Positions 11,001-20,334 of a DNA stretch of 64,000 nt are shown here, one piece after another. Position 1 is the stretch's first letter. Each line of letters begins with the position of its first letter. The notes under the pieces were generated by a model. It did not search any database and was not told the DNA's origin. It saw only the letters and a program-made list of their open reading frames with translations. A program made the position numbers and the translations under genes. This stretch comes from an uncultured delta proteobacterium (lineage in GTDB: Bacteria; Myxococcota_A; Polyangia; Haliangiales; Haliangiaceae), in contig CAVUQH010000008.1 in assembly GCA_963743525.1 (NCBI GenBank), positions 32,001 to 96,000 of the forward strand, in the 5' to 3' direction.

Positions 11001-11817
11001 TCCGCACCCTGGCGGCGTCGCGCGGCGAGGCCTGCGGCGGAAACGCGGGTGCGCCGGTCAGCGCCCAGTAGAGCATGAGGCCGACCGCGTACCAGTCGGC
11101 GGGCTCGCCGATCGCTGCGCCGGTGAGCTGTTCGGGAGCCATCCACATCGGCGTGCCGGCGATGTGGATCGTGTCCGGGTCGGCGGCGAGCTCGGGCGAC
11201 TCCTCGACCCGTCGGATCAAGCCGAAGTCGAGCACGAACAGCTGACCGGTCCGATCCACCAGCACGTTGCTCGGCTTGAGATCCAGATGCAGGTAGCCGG
11301 CCTCGTGCAGCGCGTGGACGCCCGCGACCAGCTGCGCCAGCGTCTGGCGTATCCGCGGGATCGATGCCGGCAACCCGGCGCGCAGCGGCACCGGGGCGGT
11401 CACCGACGTGCGCGAGTTGCGCGCGGCCAGCGGCGACGCGACCAGCGTGTTTTCACTGACCGACGGTGGTGAGGCGGGGGCGCCGCGCAGCCATTCGATG
11501 AGGTCGACGCCGTTGACGTGATCCATGGTGAAGAACCACAGGTCCTCGTAGACGCTGAGCTCGTAGAGCGACACCAGGTTGGGGTGCGACAACCCGGCCG
11601 CCGAGCGGAACTCGTTCTTGAACCGGAGCAAACCCTGCGGAGCCCAGCTGGTCAGGGTCTTGAGCGCAACCCGAGTTCCGTGCTCGAGGTCGATCGCGTC
11701 GTAGACCTCGCCCATGCCGCCCGCACCGATCAGTCCGGTCACGTCGTAGCGACCCAGGCGGACCGGCTTCTCCGGCGTCGAAACGGCAAGCTGCGAGATG
11801 AGCTGCGCTACGGCCAC
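8002..11817 (-). CDS. Ser/Thr protein kinase fused to AAA ATPase and helical (TPR-like) domain
   Basis: GAGGMGEV, VALK, HLDLKPSN, DFG, APE; Walker A GASGLGKS, IDDLQWAD; GTG start at 11817 behind GGAG RBS. Confidence 0.92.
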   Translation of the reverse strand: MAVAQLISQLAVSTPEKPVRLGRYDVTGLIGAGGMGEVYDAIDLEHGTRVALKTLTSWAPQGLLRFKNEFRSAAGLSHPNLVSLYELSVYEDLWFFTMDHVNGVDLIEWLRGAPASPPSVSENTLVASPLAARNSRTSVTAPVPLRAGLPASIPRIRQTLAQLVAGVHALHEAGYLHLDLKPSNVLVDRTGQLFVLDFGLIRRVEESPELAADPDTIHIAGTPMWMAPEQLTGAAIGEPADWYAVGLMLYWALTGAPAFPPQASPRDAARVRMSTEPLPARERVPGLPADLSELATALLQADPTQRPTGRTLLELTAGAETLATRQQAGFVGRRAELDQLREALVRVRKGDTRVVHVSGASGLGKSSLLRRFLHEVRSAGDFIALNSRCYERETVPYKAFDGLLDQLAALLGSGDLTPRLPARLTELVQVFPVFAGVPQIAAALEDARPPATIGVVERRRRAVEALCELFLNLAARRPMMLQIDDLQWADTDSIGLLVRLLAKARRTRIAVVLAFRDEEARNNPVIAPYFAVASALIDQQVTIDLQPLADDDARNLAGRQLAALGVDRVLAATIAQESGGTPFFIEELAHFVAQQRDGNGDSAVAAGVALDQVLAARVKSLPAHQRALVEVLSVANSPIPLHIAFEEAGLAGGALRSLWGLRGRHLIRTTGAGADDLVELHHDRMRESVLRYLSPERIASIHLGLARGFAEEGEASATEAWLFDCVRHYNSVHSLLADTERERVARLDLAAAHKARRAGAFPLAFDCFRAGAELLGDDGWDRDYDLTLALNSGAAETASFSAAWDQLDEYIDKVKSRGRSIFDQLVGWEVQVDASIARKEYANAIAVAIQALHLLDTDLPASPTQDQIGEAVQRAMNSLAAVGPEGLTQLADADDERIVASMRIMSLISSAAYFAAPPLLVVIACRLVVASVEHGLSTVTAYALSIYGIVLNTLGLHDQAHTWGQVALQLLERFDDPHVDARTRHVIHNLVCVWTVPLSTALPKLRHVVNQCRSVGDVEYAGYAAHGYIHNAIYAGKPLQPLHAEALELGDFMRAHQQVNALHVHEPFEQLLRCYLGLSDDPARLDGNGFSEQAALAAARAAGSSAGVAAITTVMGMVRYTFGAAVEAHRCFSAVRQMLDALPSIWHLPIIHQYAALAIYGLPETEREAHRADAEASIAALRHLAEYGPANFAHRVALVEAERARASGDLSAARSGFDRAISLAEAGGWVSDEALAHELAARCTDGEASSAHLAAARSAWGRWGAVAKISP

Positions 11818-11833
11818 GTGTTGGTCTTCTCCA

Positions 11834-14800
11834 TCAATGGGGCAGGGGGGCGAACAAGGCAACCAGTCGTTCCGGCGCCGCGATCCCTTGCTCCGCCATC
11901 CACGAGCGGGCTCGTTGGAGCTTACTGTCGTCCCCGCCCGATTGCATCTCGGCCTGTCGCCACTCGGCGATGCGTTGGAAGAGCAGCATGCCGTCACCGG
12001 CGAAGCGAGTGGCAGCGTCCCCGGCCAGGCGAGCCGCTGTTTCGCGATCGCCCTTTGCGCCCGCCAGCATTGCCTGCGTCAGCGTGGCGAGTGAATTTCC
12101 CCACTCGGCCCCTTCCCTCGACATGGCCTGGATCATCTTCGACACCACGGAGAACATCTCCTCACGACGGTCCCCCGTGGCACGAGCCAGGGCCACCCGG
12201 GCGCGCAGATTGGCGGCTTCGATGCGCGTGAACTGAATCCGTTTGATCAGCGAATGGTGCAGCGCGTGGTAGCCCGGCTCCAGCACCTGCCAGGCGGCCT
12301 CGTGGTCGCCGCGGTAGAGGGCGATCTGAGTCCGGCCGAGCAGTCGATAGTAGTGGGGCAGGTGGAAGTTGCGCGCCGACAGCGGCAGTGCTTCGGTCGC
12401 CAGCTCGAGCTGGTGCTCGGCCTCGTCCGGGTTGTCCACGGCCAGCCAGGCGATGTTGCTCCGCCACGAGCGCAGGCCGATCGCCAGGTACTGGTTGCCG
12501 CGGTCGGCGGCCTCGCGCAGGTAGGCGGGGACGCTGTGAATCAGCTCGCCGATCTCGCCCAGGGAGAACAACGCCGCCATGCGAAACAGCACCACGACGT
12601 CGCGCTCCCACGTCAATCCGGTGGACAGCTCGCTCATCATGGTCTCGGCGTCGCGCAAGCGCTCGTGGGCGACCTTCCACTGACCGGTCAGGTAGGCGGC
12701 CAGACCGCTGGTCAACCGCGTGGTCGCCAGCGCGTACGGGTGGTCGAGGTCGCGGGCCAGCTCGTGCACGCGATCCACCAACCTCTCGCACCGGTCGCGC
12801 ACGCGCACGCCGGCGACCGAGCGAAAGCCGATCTCGTAGGCCAGCGCCAGGGCGATGTTGGTGGCGTCGCCGCTGCGCAGGGCGATGCGCAGATGGCGCA
12901 TCTGGAACGCGGTGCCCAGGATCGGCTCGAACACGGCCAACCCACCCGACAGCGAGAAACAGACCTGCATCCGCCGCATGGCGAGCGGCGAGACCTGGGA
13001 CGCCGGCCGCTCGCGATAGCCCAGACCGCGCAGCTTGATCCAGGCGCGGGAGAAGGCGACCGACAGCACCGCGCGGCCGTTGGACTCGGGCATCGACAGG
13101 CCGACGTCGGCGAGCACGTCGCGCGCCAGCGCCATGCCGTCGTCGAACTGGCCGGCGCGGACGAACTGTTCGACCGCGCGGCGCTTCAAGTCGAGCGCCT
13201 CTTCCTCGTCAACCAGTCCGGCAGCTTCCTGGAACGCCTGCGCGGCTTCGACCAGCCGTCCCGCGTTGGCCAGCGCTTCGCCCATCCGACACAGCATTCC
13301 GCTGCGCTCGGCCGGGCCCGGCCTCTTCAGATCGAGCGCCAGACGGTAGTTCCGGGCCGCGCGGTCGAACGCGAGGGCGTCGTTGGCCATGGTCGCGGCC
13401 AGATGCGCGTAGTGGCCCGCGCGCTCCTGATCGCCGGCGCCCAACCACAGGTCGACCAGCTCCAGGGGATCGGTGTGAGACTGGGCCTCGAGCGCGAGCG
13501 CGATGCGGCGGTGCAGCTGCCGCGACTCTTCCGCGGGCAGGTCTCCGGTCACCGTCTCGCGAATGCGGTCGTGATACGACTCGACCCGCCGGCTGTCGCC
13601 GATCTGCCGCAGGCGCACCAGCCGGCCCGACAACAGCAGCTCCAGCGCGGTCGCGTGGTCCTTGATCGCGGCCGCGCGCATGGCGACGGCGACGGCGATC
13701 GGCTGTCCGGCCACGGCGACGGTGCGCATGAGCTGCTGCGCCTCGTCGGGCAAGCGCGCGAGCCGCTCGTGCAGGACCGTGTCCAGGCGCACCTCGGAGG
13801 TTTCGCCGTCGAGCGCGGCGAGGGTGAGCTCGCACAGGAACAGCGGGCTGCCGCCCGATTCGCGGACGATGGTGTCGACGGCATCGACCGGCAGCTGCCG
13901 GCCGGCGGTGAGCTCGCCGACCAGAGTGCGCGCCTGCTCGTCGGACAGGGCGTCGATGGCGATCTCGCGCTGGTTGCCGGTGTCGACGGTGCCCGGCGGC
14001 TCTCGCAGCGCCTGCACCAGCGCGCTCGACTGTGCCTCGTCGCGCCGATAGGTGGCGACGAACATCAGCGCCGGGGATTCGTGGCTGTAGATCAGCTCGC
14101 GGAAGAAACCGGCGCTGTCGAGGTCGCCCCACTGCAGGTCGTCGATGAACAGCACCACCGGGCGCTGCTCGCACAGACGGCCGAGCAGCGCCCGCAGCGC
14201 GGCGAATCCGCGGCGGCGAGACTCGTGTGGGTCGGCGATGCCGAGGCGAATCTCGGCGGCGTCGGCGACCGCGGGAACTCGATCGAGCACCGGGAACAGC
14301 CGGGCCAGCGTGGAGATCTCCGGTGGAATCAACGGCTCCACCTCGGCGTTCGGTTGCCGGGTGAGATAGTTGGACAACGCGTCAACCAGCGCGTCCAGCG
14401 CCTTGTACGGCACCGACTCGCGCTCGTAGCAGCGTCCCTGCAACACGATGGTCCGCTCGTCTGCGCGCAAGCGGTCGAGGAACTGCAGCACCACCGCCGA
14501 TTTGCCCACGCCCGAGGCGCCGTGGAGGAAGACCGAGATGGTGCGCTTTTGTTCGCGGCTGTCGGCGAGCGCCTGTTGCAGCTGGTGCAGGACGTCGTCT
14601 CGCCCGACCAGGTGGTCCTCGGTCGACGATCCGTCGCCTGCGTTCGCGCGAGCGGCGACGCCGGGTATCGGCCGCTTGCCCAGTACCCGCAGGATCTCCT
14701 CGCCATCGGGGCGGCGATCGGGGTCGCGCTCGAGCAGGTCGACGGCCAGCTGGTCCAGGTCGTCGGGGATCGAGGGGGCGAAATCGCTCGGTCGCGAGCT

Positions 14801-15664
14801 CAGCGGTTCCTGCTTCTGGTGCAAGACCGACTGCGTGGTGCCGGTGTGCGGAACCCGACCGCACAGCGCCTCGTACAGCATGACGCCTACCGCGTACCAG
14901 TCACTGGCCTCGCTGACGTTGCCGGCGACGGCCTGCTCGGGCGACATGTACTTCGGCGTGCCCAGCACGCGCCTGTTGACGGTGTGGTCGTCGTTCGGCC
15001 CGCCGGTGACGAGACCGAAGTCGCAGAGGACGACGCGGCCATGTCGTGTGACCAGCACGTTGGACGGCTTGATGTCGCGGTGCAGCTTGCCGGCGTCGTG
15101 CAGGAACTGAATACCGTCGACCAGCTGGCAGAAGCTCTCGCGCAGGCGATCGAGGTCCAGGGTGCCCTCGATGACGCGGCGGCGCCGGGCCGACAGCTGC
15201 ATCGCCGCCGGCGTGTTGGGAAAGACGTCGGCGTCACTGGAACCCATCGGTGTCGCGGTGCCGGCCGCCGTCGATTGCGTTCCCGAGGCATCGGCGTCGC
15301 CCTTCCCGTCGAGGCCATCGTCGTCGTCGGCGAGCCGCCGGACGTATTCGAGCAGCGAGCCGCCGTCGAGGAGCTCCATGGTGAAGAACCACTCGGCCCC
15401 GGTCGACGTCAGCTCGTACAGGGTTACCAGGTTCGGGTGGACCAGGTTGGCCAGCGATCGGAACTCGCGCTTGAAGCGGTAGAGCGCGGAGCCGTCGAAC
15501 CGGCGCAAGATCTTGAGGGCGACGTCGAAGTCCCGCTCGCGGTCGTACGCGCGGTAGACCACGCCCATGCCGCCGGTCCCGAGCTTGTTCTTGAGCTCGT
15601 AGCGATCCTCCCGTGCAGCCGAGGCGACGTGCACGCTTCCGTCCTTGTTATCAGGAGCCCCCAC
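11834..15664 (-). CDS. Ser/Thr protein kinase fused to AAA ATPase and TPR-like domain
   Basis: GTGGMGVV, VALK, HRDIKPSN, DFG, SPE; GASGVGKS, IDDLQWGD; start may be slightly downstream. Confidence 0.92.
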   Translation of the reverse strand: MGAPDNKDGSVHVASAAREDRYELKNKLGTGGMGVVYRAYDRERDFDVALKILRRFDGSALYRFKREFRSLANLVHPNLVTLYELTSTGAEWFFTMELLDGGSLLEYVRRLADDDDGLDGKGDADASGTQSTAAGTATPMGSSDADVFPNTPAAMQLSARRRRVIEGTLDLDRLRESFCQLVDGIQFLHDAGKLHRDIKPSNVLVTRHGRVVLCDFGLVTGGPNDDHTVNRRVLGTPKYMSPEQAVAGNVSEASDWYAVGVMLYEALCGRVPHTGTTQSVLHQKQEPLSSRPSDFAPSIPDDLDQLAVDLLERDPDRRPDGEEILRVLGKRPIPGVAARANAGDGSSTEDHLVGRDDVLHQLQQALADSREQKRTISVFLHGASGVGKSAVVLQFLDRLRADERTIVLQGRCYERESVPYKALDALVDALSNYLTRQPNAEVEPLIPPEISTLARLFPVLDRVPAVADAAEIRLGIADPHESRRRGFAALRALLGRLCEQRPVVLFIDDLQWGDLDSAGFFRELIYSHESPALMFVATYRRDEAQSSALVQALREPPGTVDTGNQREIAIDALSDEQARTLVGELTAGRQLPVDAVDTIVRESGGSPLFLCELTLAALDGETSEVRLDTVLHERLARLPDEAQQLMRTVAVAGQPIAVAVAMRAAAIKDHATALELLLSGRLVRLRQIGDSRRVESYHDRIRETVTGDLPAEESRQLHRRIALALEAQSHTDPLELVDLWLGAGDQERAGHYAHLAATMANDALAFDRAARNYRLALDLKRPGPAERSGMLCRMGEALANAGRLVEAAQAFQEAAGLVDEEEALDLKRRAVEQFVRAGQFDDGMALARDVLADVGLSMPESNGRAVLSVAFSRAWIKLRGLGYRERPASQVSPLAMRRMQVCFSLSGGLAVFEPILGTAFQMRHLRIALRSGDATNIALALAYEIGFRSVAGVRVRDRCERLVDRVHELARDLDHPYALATTRLTSGLAAYLTGQWKVAHERLRDAETMMSELSTGLTWERDVVVLFRMAALFSLGEIGELIHSVPAYLREAADRGNQYLAIGLRSWRSNIAWLAVDNPDEAEHQLELATEALPLSARNFHLPHYYRLLGRTQIALYRGDHEAAWQVLEPGYHALHHSLIKRIQFTRIEAANLRARVALARATGDRREEMFSVVSKMIQAMSREGAEWGNSLATLTQAMLAGAKGDRETAARLAGDAATRFAGDGMLLFQRIAEWRQAEMQSGGDDSKLQRARSWMAEQGIAAPERLVALFAPLPH

Positions 15665-15812
15665 CCGATCCCGAAGCGGCGGGCCGCCGGACGATCCGAC
15701 TGGCGCGCACTGGTTTCAGGATACCCGCCTGGCGGCGCTCGGCGTAGGCCCTCCTTGGCTGGCGCGCGCAATGGTGCGCCCACATGTAAGCGTTTGGTGC
15801 GCGAGGTGGGAC

Positions 15813-17699
15813 TCACCGTGGACGGGAAATCCATCGCAAGACCTGATCGACGGCGGCCGGCGCGTCGGAGCGGCGCGCCTTCAACTGGGCGACCGCGGTG
15901 CGGTAATCGTCAGTATCGGCGCGACCGGTCTCGTAGAGGAACAGCACCACCATCACCGAGGTGCGCACGTCGTCGGGGGCTGCGGCCTGGACCCGGCGCA
16001 GCTCCCGTTCGATCACCGGCAGCAGCGCCGGATTGCGTTTGCTCGCCGCCAGTGCGGTCATCAGCGAGCTGTCGAAGTCGCGCGGGCGCAGGATGCGGAA
16101 CCCCAGTCGATCGGCAATGGATCGGTTGGGACCATCGCGGCGAACGTAGAGCCGGGACGCCGTGTCCCAGTAGATCAGCGCCCAGTGCGGGTCAACGTCG
16201 AGGAAGTCGAGGGCGTACGGCGCGTTGGGGCGACGCGAGGGGCCCGGGCGGTTGTGCTCCAGCACCCACTGCAGGTGGTAGCGCTCGGCGTAGCGGGCGA
16301 ACGCACTCGGATCGCGTTCGACGCCGACGCATTCTTCGACGACGCCCGGCGGATAGACGGTGTCGTAGCGGCCGTCGCACAAGACGTGCTTGTCGGGCCA
16401 CAGGTGATCGATGACGTAGCCGGCAAAGGTGTACGTGGTGTAGCCCTCGCCGGCGATCGGCAGGTCGCGGATCATCGACACTGCGACCTCGGGATAGTGG
16501 TGCTCGGCAAAGCCGGGAGAGTGGGGCTCGAACGACGGGTGGTTGGCGGCGCGCCAGGCGAGGGCGAGCGCGACCACCACGGTCAGGCCGCCGAGCAACC
16601 GGCCGGTACGCGGCTGTCGCCGGTGCGCGGCGGCGACGAGCCCGGCCAGGCCGGCGCCGACCGGCAAGAGCAGCGCCAGCGCCGACGGGGCCAGCAGACG
16701 AGCTGCGGACAGCCCGGACCAGACCAGGCCGCCGGCCAGCCCGACGTACAACAGGTGCCCGTGGCGTGGGCGTGCGGGCACCGCTCGCGGCAGCGCCACG
16801 CACAGGGTGATCGGCACCGCGAGTGCGAACACGATCGCCGCGACCGGAAAGGTTGACCACAGCGCGCCCGCGCCGAGACGTTCCCACTCGGAGCTGGCGG
16901 TCAGCGCCTGCGCGCCGCCGAAGGAGACGCGGATGGCGCCGACGACGCTGGCCGGACCGAACGGGTTGGCGCCCGCGGCCAGGGTCGCAGCGGCCGCGCC
17001 ACCCAACGCGAGCCCGACCCGGCGCGGGCTGGCGGGGTGGATCCAGCCGCCGTCGACGAGCCGGCGCAGGCGCATCAACACCCACTCGCCGGCCGTGTAC
17101 AGCGCGAAGCCCCACAGCAGCGCGACGCCGATCAGCACGCCGCGATGGAGGTTGGTCCACACCACTACGAGGCCCCAGATCGGCACCCACGCGCGGACGA
17201 AGCTCAGCGAGCGCCCGTCGTCCGGATCGGTGCGCCAGCGCGCCAGCCGCTCGATCAGCAACACCATCACGACGATGCCGATCAGGCTGAAGCTGCTCGG
17301 CCGGACGATGATGCGAAACGACGCGACCCAGAAGACGGTCGGCGCGAGCAGCCACCCGGCGATTCGGCCGAAGAGTCGCCGCGCGGCGATCGCCAGCAGG
17401 GCGGCGAGGCCGAGCGCGACGATCAGCTTGAAGGCGATCAGTCCGCCCTCGCCGAGATGCTGGTAGACGAGCGACAGCAGCACCTCGGCGCCGAGGTCCT
17501 TGTAGTGCCACGGCTGTCCGGCCGCGGTCAGGCTGAACTGGTCCACTGGCAGCGTCGACAGCCGCTCGAGCGCGAGCTGTCCGCTCTCGAGGTGCCACCA
17601 CAGGTCCCACGAGGCAATCGGCGCCAGTCCGACCACCAGCGCGATCACTGCCATCGCGGCGGCCGGGATCGCCTCCCATCGCGCGAACCGCTCAGTCAC
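15813..17699 (-). CDS. Polytopic membrane protein (possible GT-C-like glycosyltransferase)
   Basis: About 10 hydrophobic segments; DLWWHLESG first-loop motif, WTNLH, NPFG, DGRYD in soluble C-terminal domain. Confidence 0.7.
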   Translation of the reverse strand: MTERFARWEAIPAAAMAVIALVVGLAPIASWDLWWHLESGQLALERLSTLPVDQFSLTAAGQPWHYKDLGAEVLLSLVYQHLGEGGLIAFKLIVALGLAALLAIAARRLFGRIAGWLLAPTVFWVASFRIIVRPSSFSLIGIVVMVLLIERLARWRTDPDDGRSLSFVRAWVPIWGLVVVWTNLHRGVLIGVALLWGFALYTAGEWVLMRLRRLVDGGWIHPASPRRVGLALGGAAAATLAAGANPFGPASVVGAIRVSFGGAQALTASSEWERLGAGALWSTFPVAAIVFALAVPITLCVALPRAVPARPRHGHLLYVGLAGGLVWSGLSAARLLAPSALALLLPVGAGLAGLVAAAHRRQPRTGRLLGGLTVVVALALAWRAANHPSFEPHSPGFAEHHYPEVAVSMIRDLPIAGEGYTTYTFAGYVIDHLWPDKHVLCDGRYDTVYPPGVVEECVGVERDPSAFARYAERYHLQWVLEHNRPGPSRRPNAPYALDFLDVDPHWALIYWDTASRLYVRRDGPNRSIADRLGFRILRPRDFDSSLMTALAASKRNPALLPVIERELRRVQAAAPDDVRTSVMVVLFLYETGRADTDDYRTAVAQLKARRSDAPAAVDQVLRWISRPR

Positions 17700-17739
17700 G
17701 GCTTCATTCTACCCGCGTTGGGTTGTATGGTTCTCGGCG

Positions 17740-18321
17740 GTGACACCCGACGACGTGCTGGCGTTCTGGTTCGGGCCCAACGGCCCGGAAGGCCCGATTC
17801 CCGACCAGATTCGGTCGCGCTGGTGGAAGAAGGACGCCGCCTTCGACGACGAGATCCGCCGTCGTTTCGCCGACACGTATGCTCAGGCGTGCGCCGGCGA
17901 GCTCGACGGCTGGTGCGACACGGCGCGCGGGCAATTGGCGCTGATCATCGTGCTCGATCAATTCTCGCGCAATCTCTACCGCAACGATCCGCGCGCGTGG
18001 GCGCAGGACGGCACCGCGCAGAAGCACTGCCTGGCGCTGCTCGACGCCGGCGACGATCGACGGCTTCCGCCCGAGGGGCGAGCGTTCGCGTACATGCCGC
18101 TGATGCACTCCGAGGATCGCGAGCTGCAAGCCCGGTCGGTGGCGGTGTTCGAGTCGCTGGGCAGCGAGCACCCCGACCTTGCCGGGTTGCAGCGCTACGC
18201 GGTTCAGCACGCCGCCATCGTCGATCGCTTCGGCCGCTTTCCCCACCGCAACGAGGTTCTCCAGCGCGACAGCACCGACGAGGAGAAGGCGTTCCTCCAG
18301 CAGCCGGGGTCATCCTTCTAG
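17740..18321 (+). CDS. DUF924 family protein
   Basis: VLAFWF, IIVLDQFSRNLYR, YMPLMHSE, RFGRFPHRN motifs. Confidence 0.92.
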   Translation: MTPDDVLAFWFGPNGPEGPIPDQIRSRWWKKDAAFDDEIRRRFADTYAQACAGELDGWCDTARGQLALIIVLDQFSRNLYRNDPRAWAQDGTAQKHCLALLDAGDDRRLPPEGRAFAYMPLMHSEDRELQARSVAVFESLGSEHPDLAGLQRYAVQHAAIVDRFGRFPHRNEVLQRDSTDEEKAFLQQPGSSF

Positions 18322-18323
18322 CG

Positions 18324-18854
18324 ATGGCAGGGTCGTCATCGGGGCCTCCGTGGTGGCTGTACGCTGTGCTCGCCGGGGTCCTGCTCGCTGCGGTCGCCAT
18401 TTTCGTGTGGGCGTTCCGCGGCGTCGTCGGCGGTAGTCACGCGTTCGAGAACACCCTGCTCGAAGGCGAGCTCGACTCGACCAACGCCACGCTGGGATCG
18501 TGGCAGGTCAGTCCCAGTCGTTGCGTCGATGGCCGCGAGCTGGGGTTCCACGGCATCGCCTTCTTCTTCCCCGCCGGCTCCCCGGTGGACAGCCTCCGCA
18601 TCGACACCGAGCGTGACGGCGACAACGTCGTCGAGGTCCGTCTCGACGATCGAGCCGGTACGACCTATCGCGTGCACGAGGCCGAGTGCGAGACCATCGA
18701 CGGCACGACGACGGCGACCCACGTCGAAATCAACCACCGGCGAATGTACCGGCTGAAGGGCAAGATCCACTTCTCCTGTCCCAAGCACCAGCTCGACGGC
18801 TGGGCGCGCTTCTCCGGCTGCCTGCCGGAGTCGCTCGGAACCGAGAAGCGCTAA
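18324..18854 (+). CDS. Membrane-anchored hypothetical protein
   Basis: C-terminal part of ORF 17037..18854 from ATG 18324; N-terminal TM helix and four Cys in a beta-rich domain. Confidence 0.7.
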   Translation: MAGSSSGPPWWLYAVLAGVLLAAVAIFVWAFRGVVGGSHAFENTLLEGELDSTNATLGSWQVSPSRCVDGRELGFHGIAFFFPAGSPVDSLRIDTERDGDNVVEVRLDDRAGTTYRVHEAECETIDGTTTATHVEINHRRMYRLKGKIHFSCPKHQLDGWARFSGCLPESLGTEKR

Positions 18855-20113
18855 CCGTCCGCTACGGGATGGCCAGACGGCCCCAGCGGGTGCAGCACCA
18901 ACAGACAGGGACCGCAGCGTCCTGTGGCCGGCGTCACCGATACCCGCATCAGCTGGTCGTCGCCGTCGCCCGACACCAGCAGGCGACCGCGCACGGCCTC
19001 GCCGTGCATCGCGGCCAGCCGAACGTCGTCGCGGATACCCGGGTGCAGCATGCCCAGTCTCGTGGCGCAGATGTTGGCGCCGACCACCGACTCGGTCTGG
19101 CCGAGAAAGTGGTGGAACGCGTGGTTTGCGATTCGCACCGTGCCGTCCACGTCCAGGCCCGCGCACGGCAGATCGATCTGCTCGAAGGCATCGGCGGCCG
19201 CCTCTTCCGGCGTCGACGTCGTCATCCCGGTTCGCTGGGCCAGCGCGTGCTCGCGGATGCCGAGCGCGTGCATGTATTCGCCCAGCTCGTTCGCCAGCTC
19301 GTTCGCGCTGGCCGGCCGGTCCGCCGGATCCTTGGCCAGGCAGCGGTCGACGATCGCGATCAGCGCGTCGTCGAGCACCTCGCCGCGGCGCGCGCCGACC
19401 GGCTCCGGCACCTCGTGCAGGTGGGCCTCGAGGATGGCGGGCACCGGCCGACCGCAGAACGGCGTGGAGCCGGTCAGCATCTCGTACATCAGGATGCCGA
19501 GGCTGTAGATGTCGTTGGCCGCTCGCGGCGGCTCGCCGCTGGCCCGTTCGGGCGCGACATATGCCGGTGTTGCATTGATCTCGCGCTCGGCGCCGCCCCA
19601 GTCCGAGGTTGCGCGCGCGGTGCCGAAGTCGAGCAGCACCACGTGCCAGTCGTCGTCGTCGTCGCTGGCACAGAGCACGTTGTCGGCCTTGAGGTCACTG
19701 TGGACCACGCCGTGCGAGTGGCTGTGGTCGAGCGCCTGGGCGAGTTGGTGGGCGACGTGGCAGACCACCTCGACCGGCAAGCGCTCGCTGTCGGCGATGC
19801 GCTGCGCCAGCGACTGGCCGACCAACAGCTCCATGGCGATGAACAGACCCCAGTCCGGGTCGTCGCCGAAGTCGACGATCGACACGATGTTCGGGTGCGA
19901 CAGCTTGCTGGCGAGTCGCGCCTCGGACACGAACAGCTCGTGGGCGCGCGGATCGGAGACGTGCTCAGGCTGCATCAGCTTGAGCGCGAACTCCTTGCCC
20001 AGGCGCAGGTGGCGCACGTGCAACACCTGGCCCATGGCGCCCGCGCCCACGCGCTCGAGGATCTCGTAGCGCCCCGCGACCACGCGCGAGGGATCGAGGG
20101 TGACTCCAGTCAT
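18851..20113 (-). CDS. Ser/Thr protein kinase with C-terminal PAS-like domain
   Basis: GAGAMGQV, FALK, HSDLKADN, DFG, APE; C-terminal LDVDGTVRIANHAF PAS-like segment. Confidence 0.88.
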   Translation of the reverse strand: MTGVTLDPSRVVAGRYEILERVGAGAMGQVLHVRHLRLGKEFALKLMQPEHVSDPRAHELFVSEARLASKLSHPNIVSIVDFGDDPDWGLFIAMELLVGQSLAQRIADSERLPVEVVCHVAHQLAQALDHSHSHGVVHSDLKADNVLCASDDDDDWHVVLLDFGTARATSDWGGAEREINATPAYVAPERASGEPPRAANDIYSLGILMYEMLTGSTPFCGRPVPAILEAHLHEVPEPVGARRGEVLDDALIAIVDRCLAKDPADRPASANELANELGEYMHALGIREHALAQRTGMTTSTPEEAAADAFEQIDLPCAGLDVDGTVRIANHAFHHFLGQTESVVGANICATRLGMLHPGIRDDVRLAAMHGEAVRGRLLVSGDGDDQLMRVSVTPATGRCGPCLLVLHPLGPSGHPVADG

Positions 20114-20126
20114 GCCCCCCGAGCAG

Positions 20127-20141
20127 GCCAGAACCGTGCCA
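20127..20141 (-). promoter_or_regulatory. Possible sigma54 promoter for the kinase gene
   Basis: Minus strand TGGCACG-GTTC-TGGC (GG-N10-GC). Confidence 0.4.
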
Positions 20142-20334
20142 CGAACGTGTCGGCATTGGTGCGAGCCGCGGCACCCGGGAATACGCCGGTGGTTTTTCGC
20201 GCCGGCACGAGCTGGCAAGCGGCTCGCATGGCCCGGGGAATGTGACGCCTACACGAGAAACCGCGGTGGCGGGTGCGTTGGTCTCGACGCGCCCGACAGG
20301 TGTTCTCATGTCAGGCGCGGTAGGATGCGGACCG

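Noticed and set aside
12254..16414. 1386-aa plus-strand ORF and many other long antisense or alternate-frame ORFs
   Set aside because: Shadow ORFs typical of high-GC DNA; they overlap well-supported genes and have no motifs.
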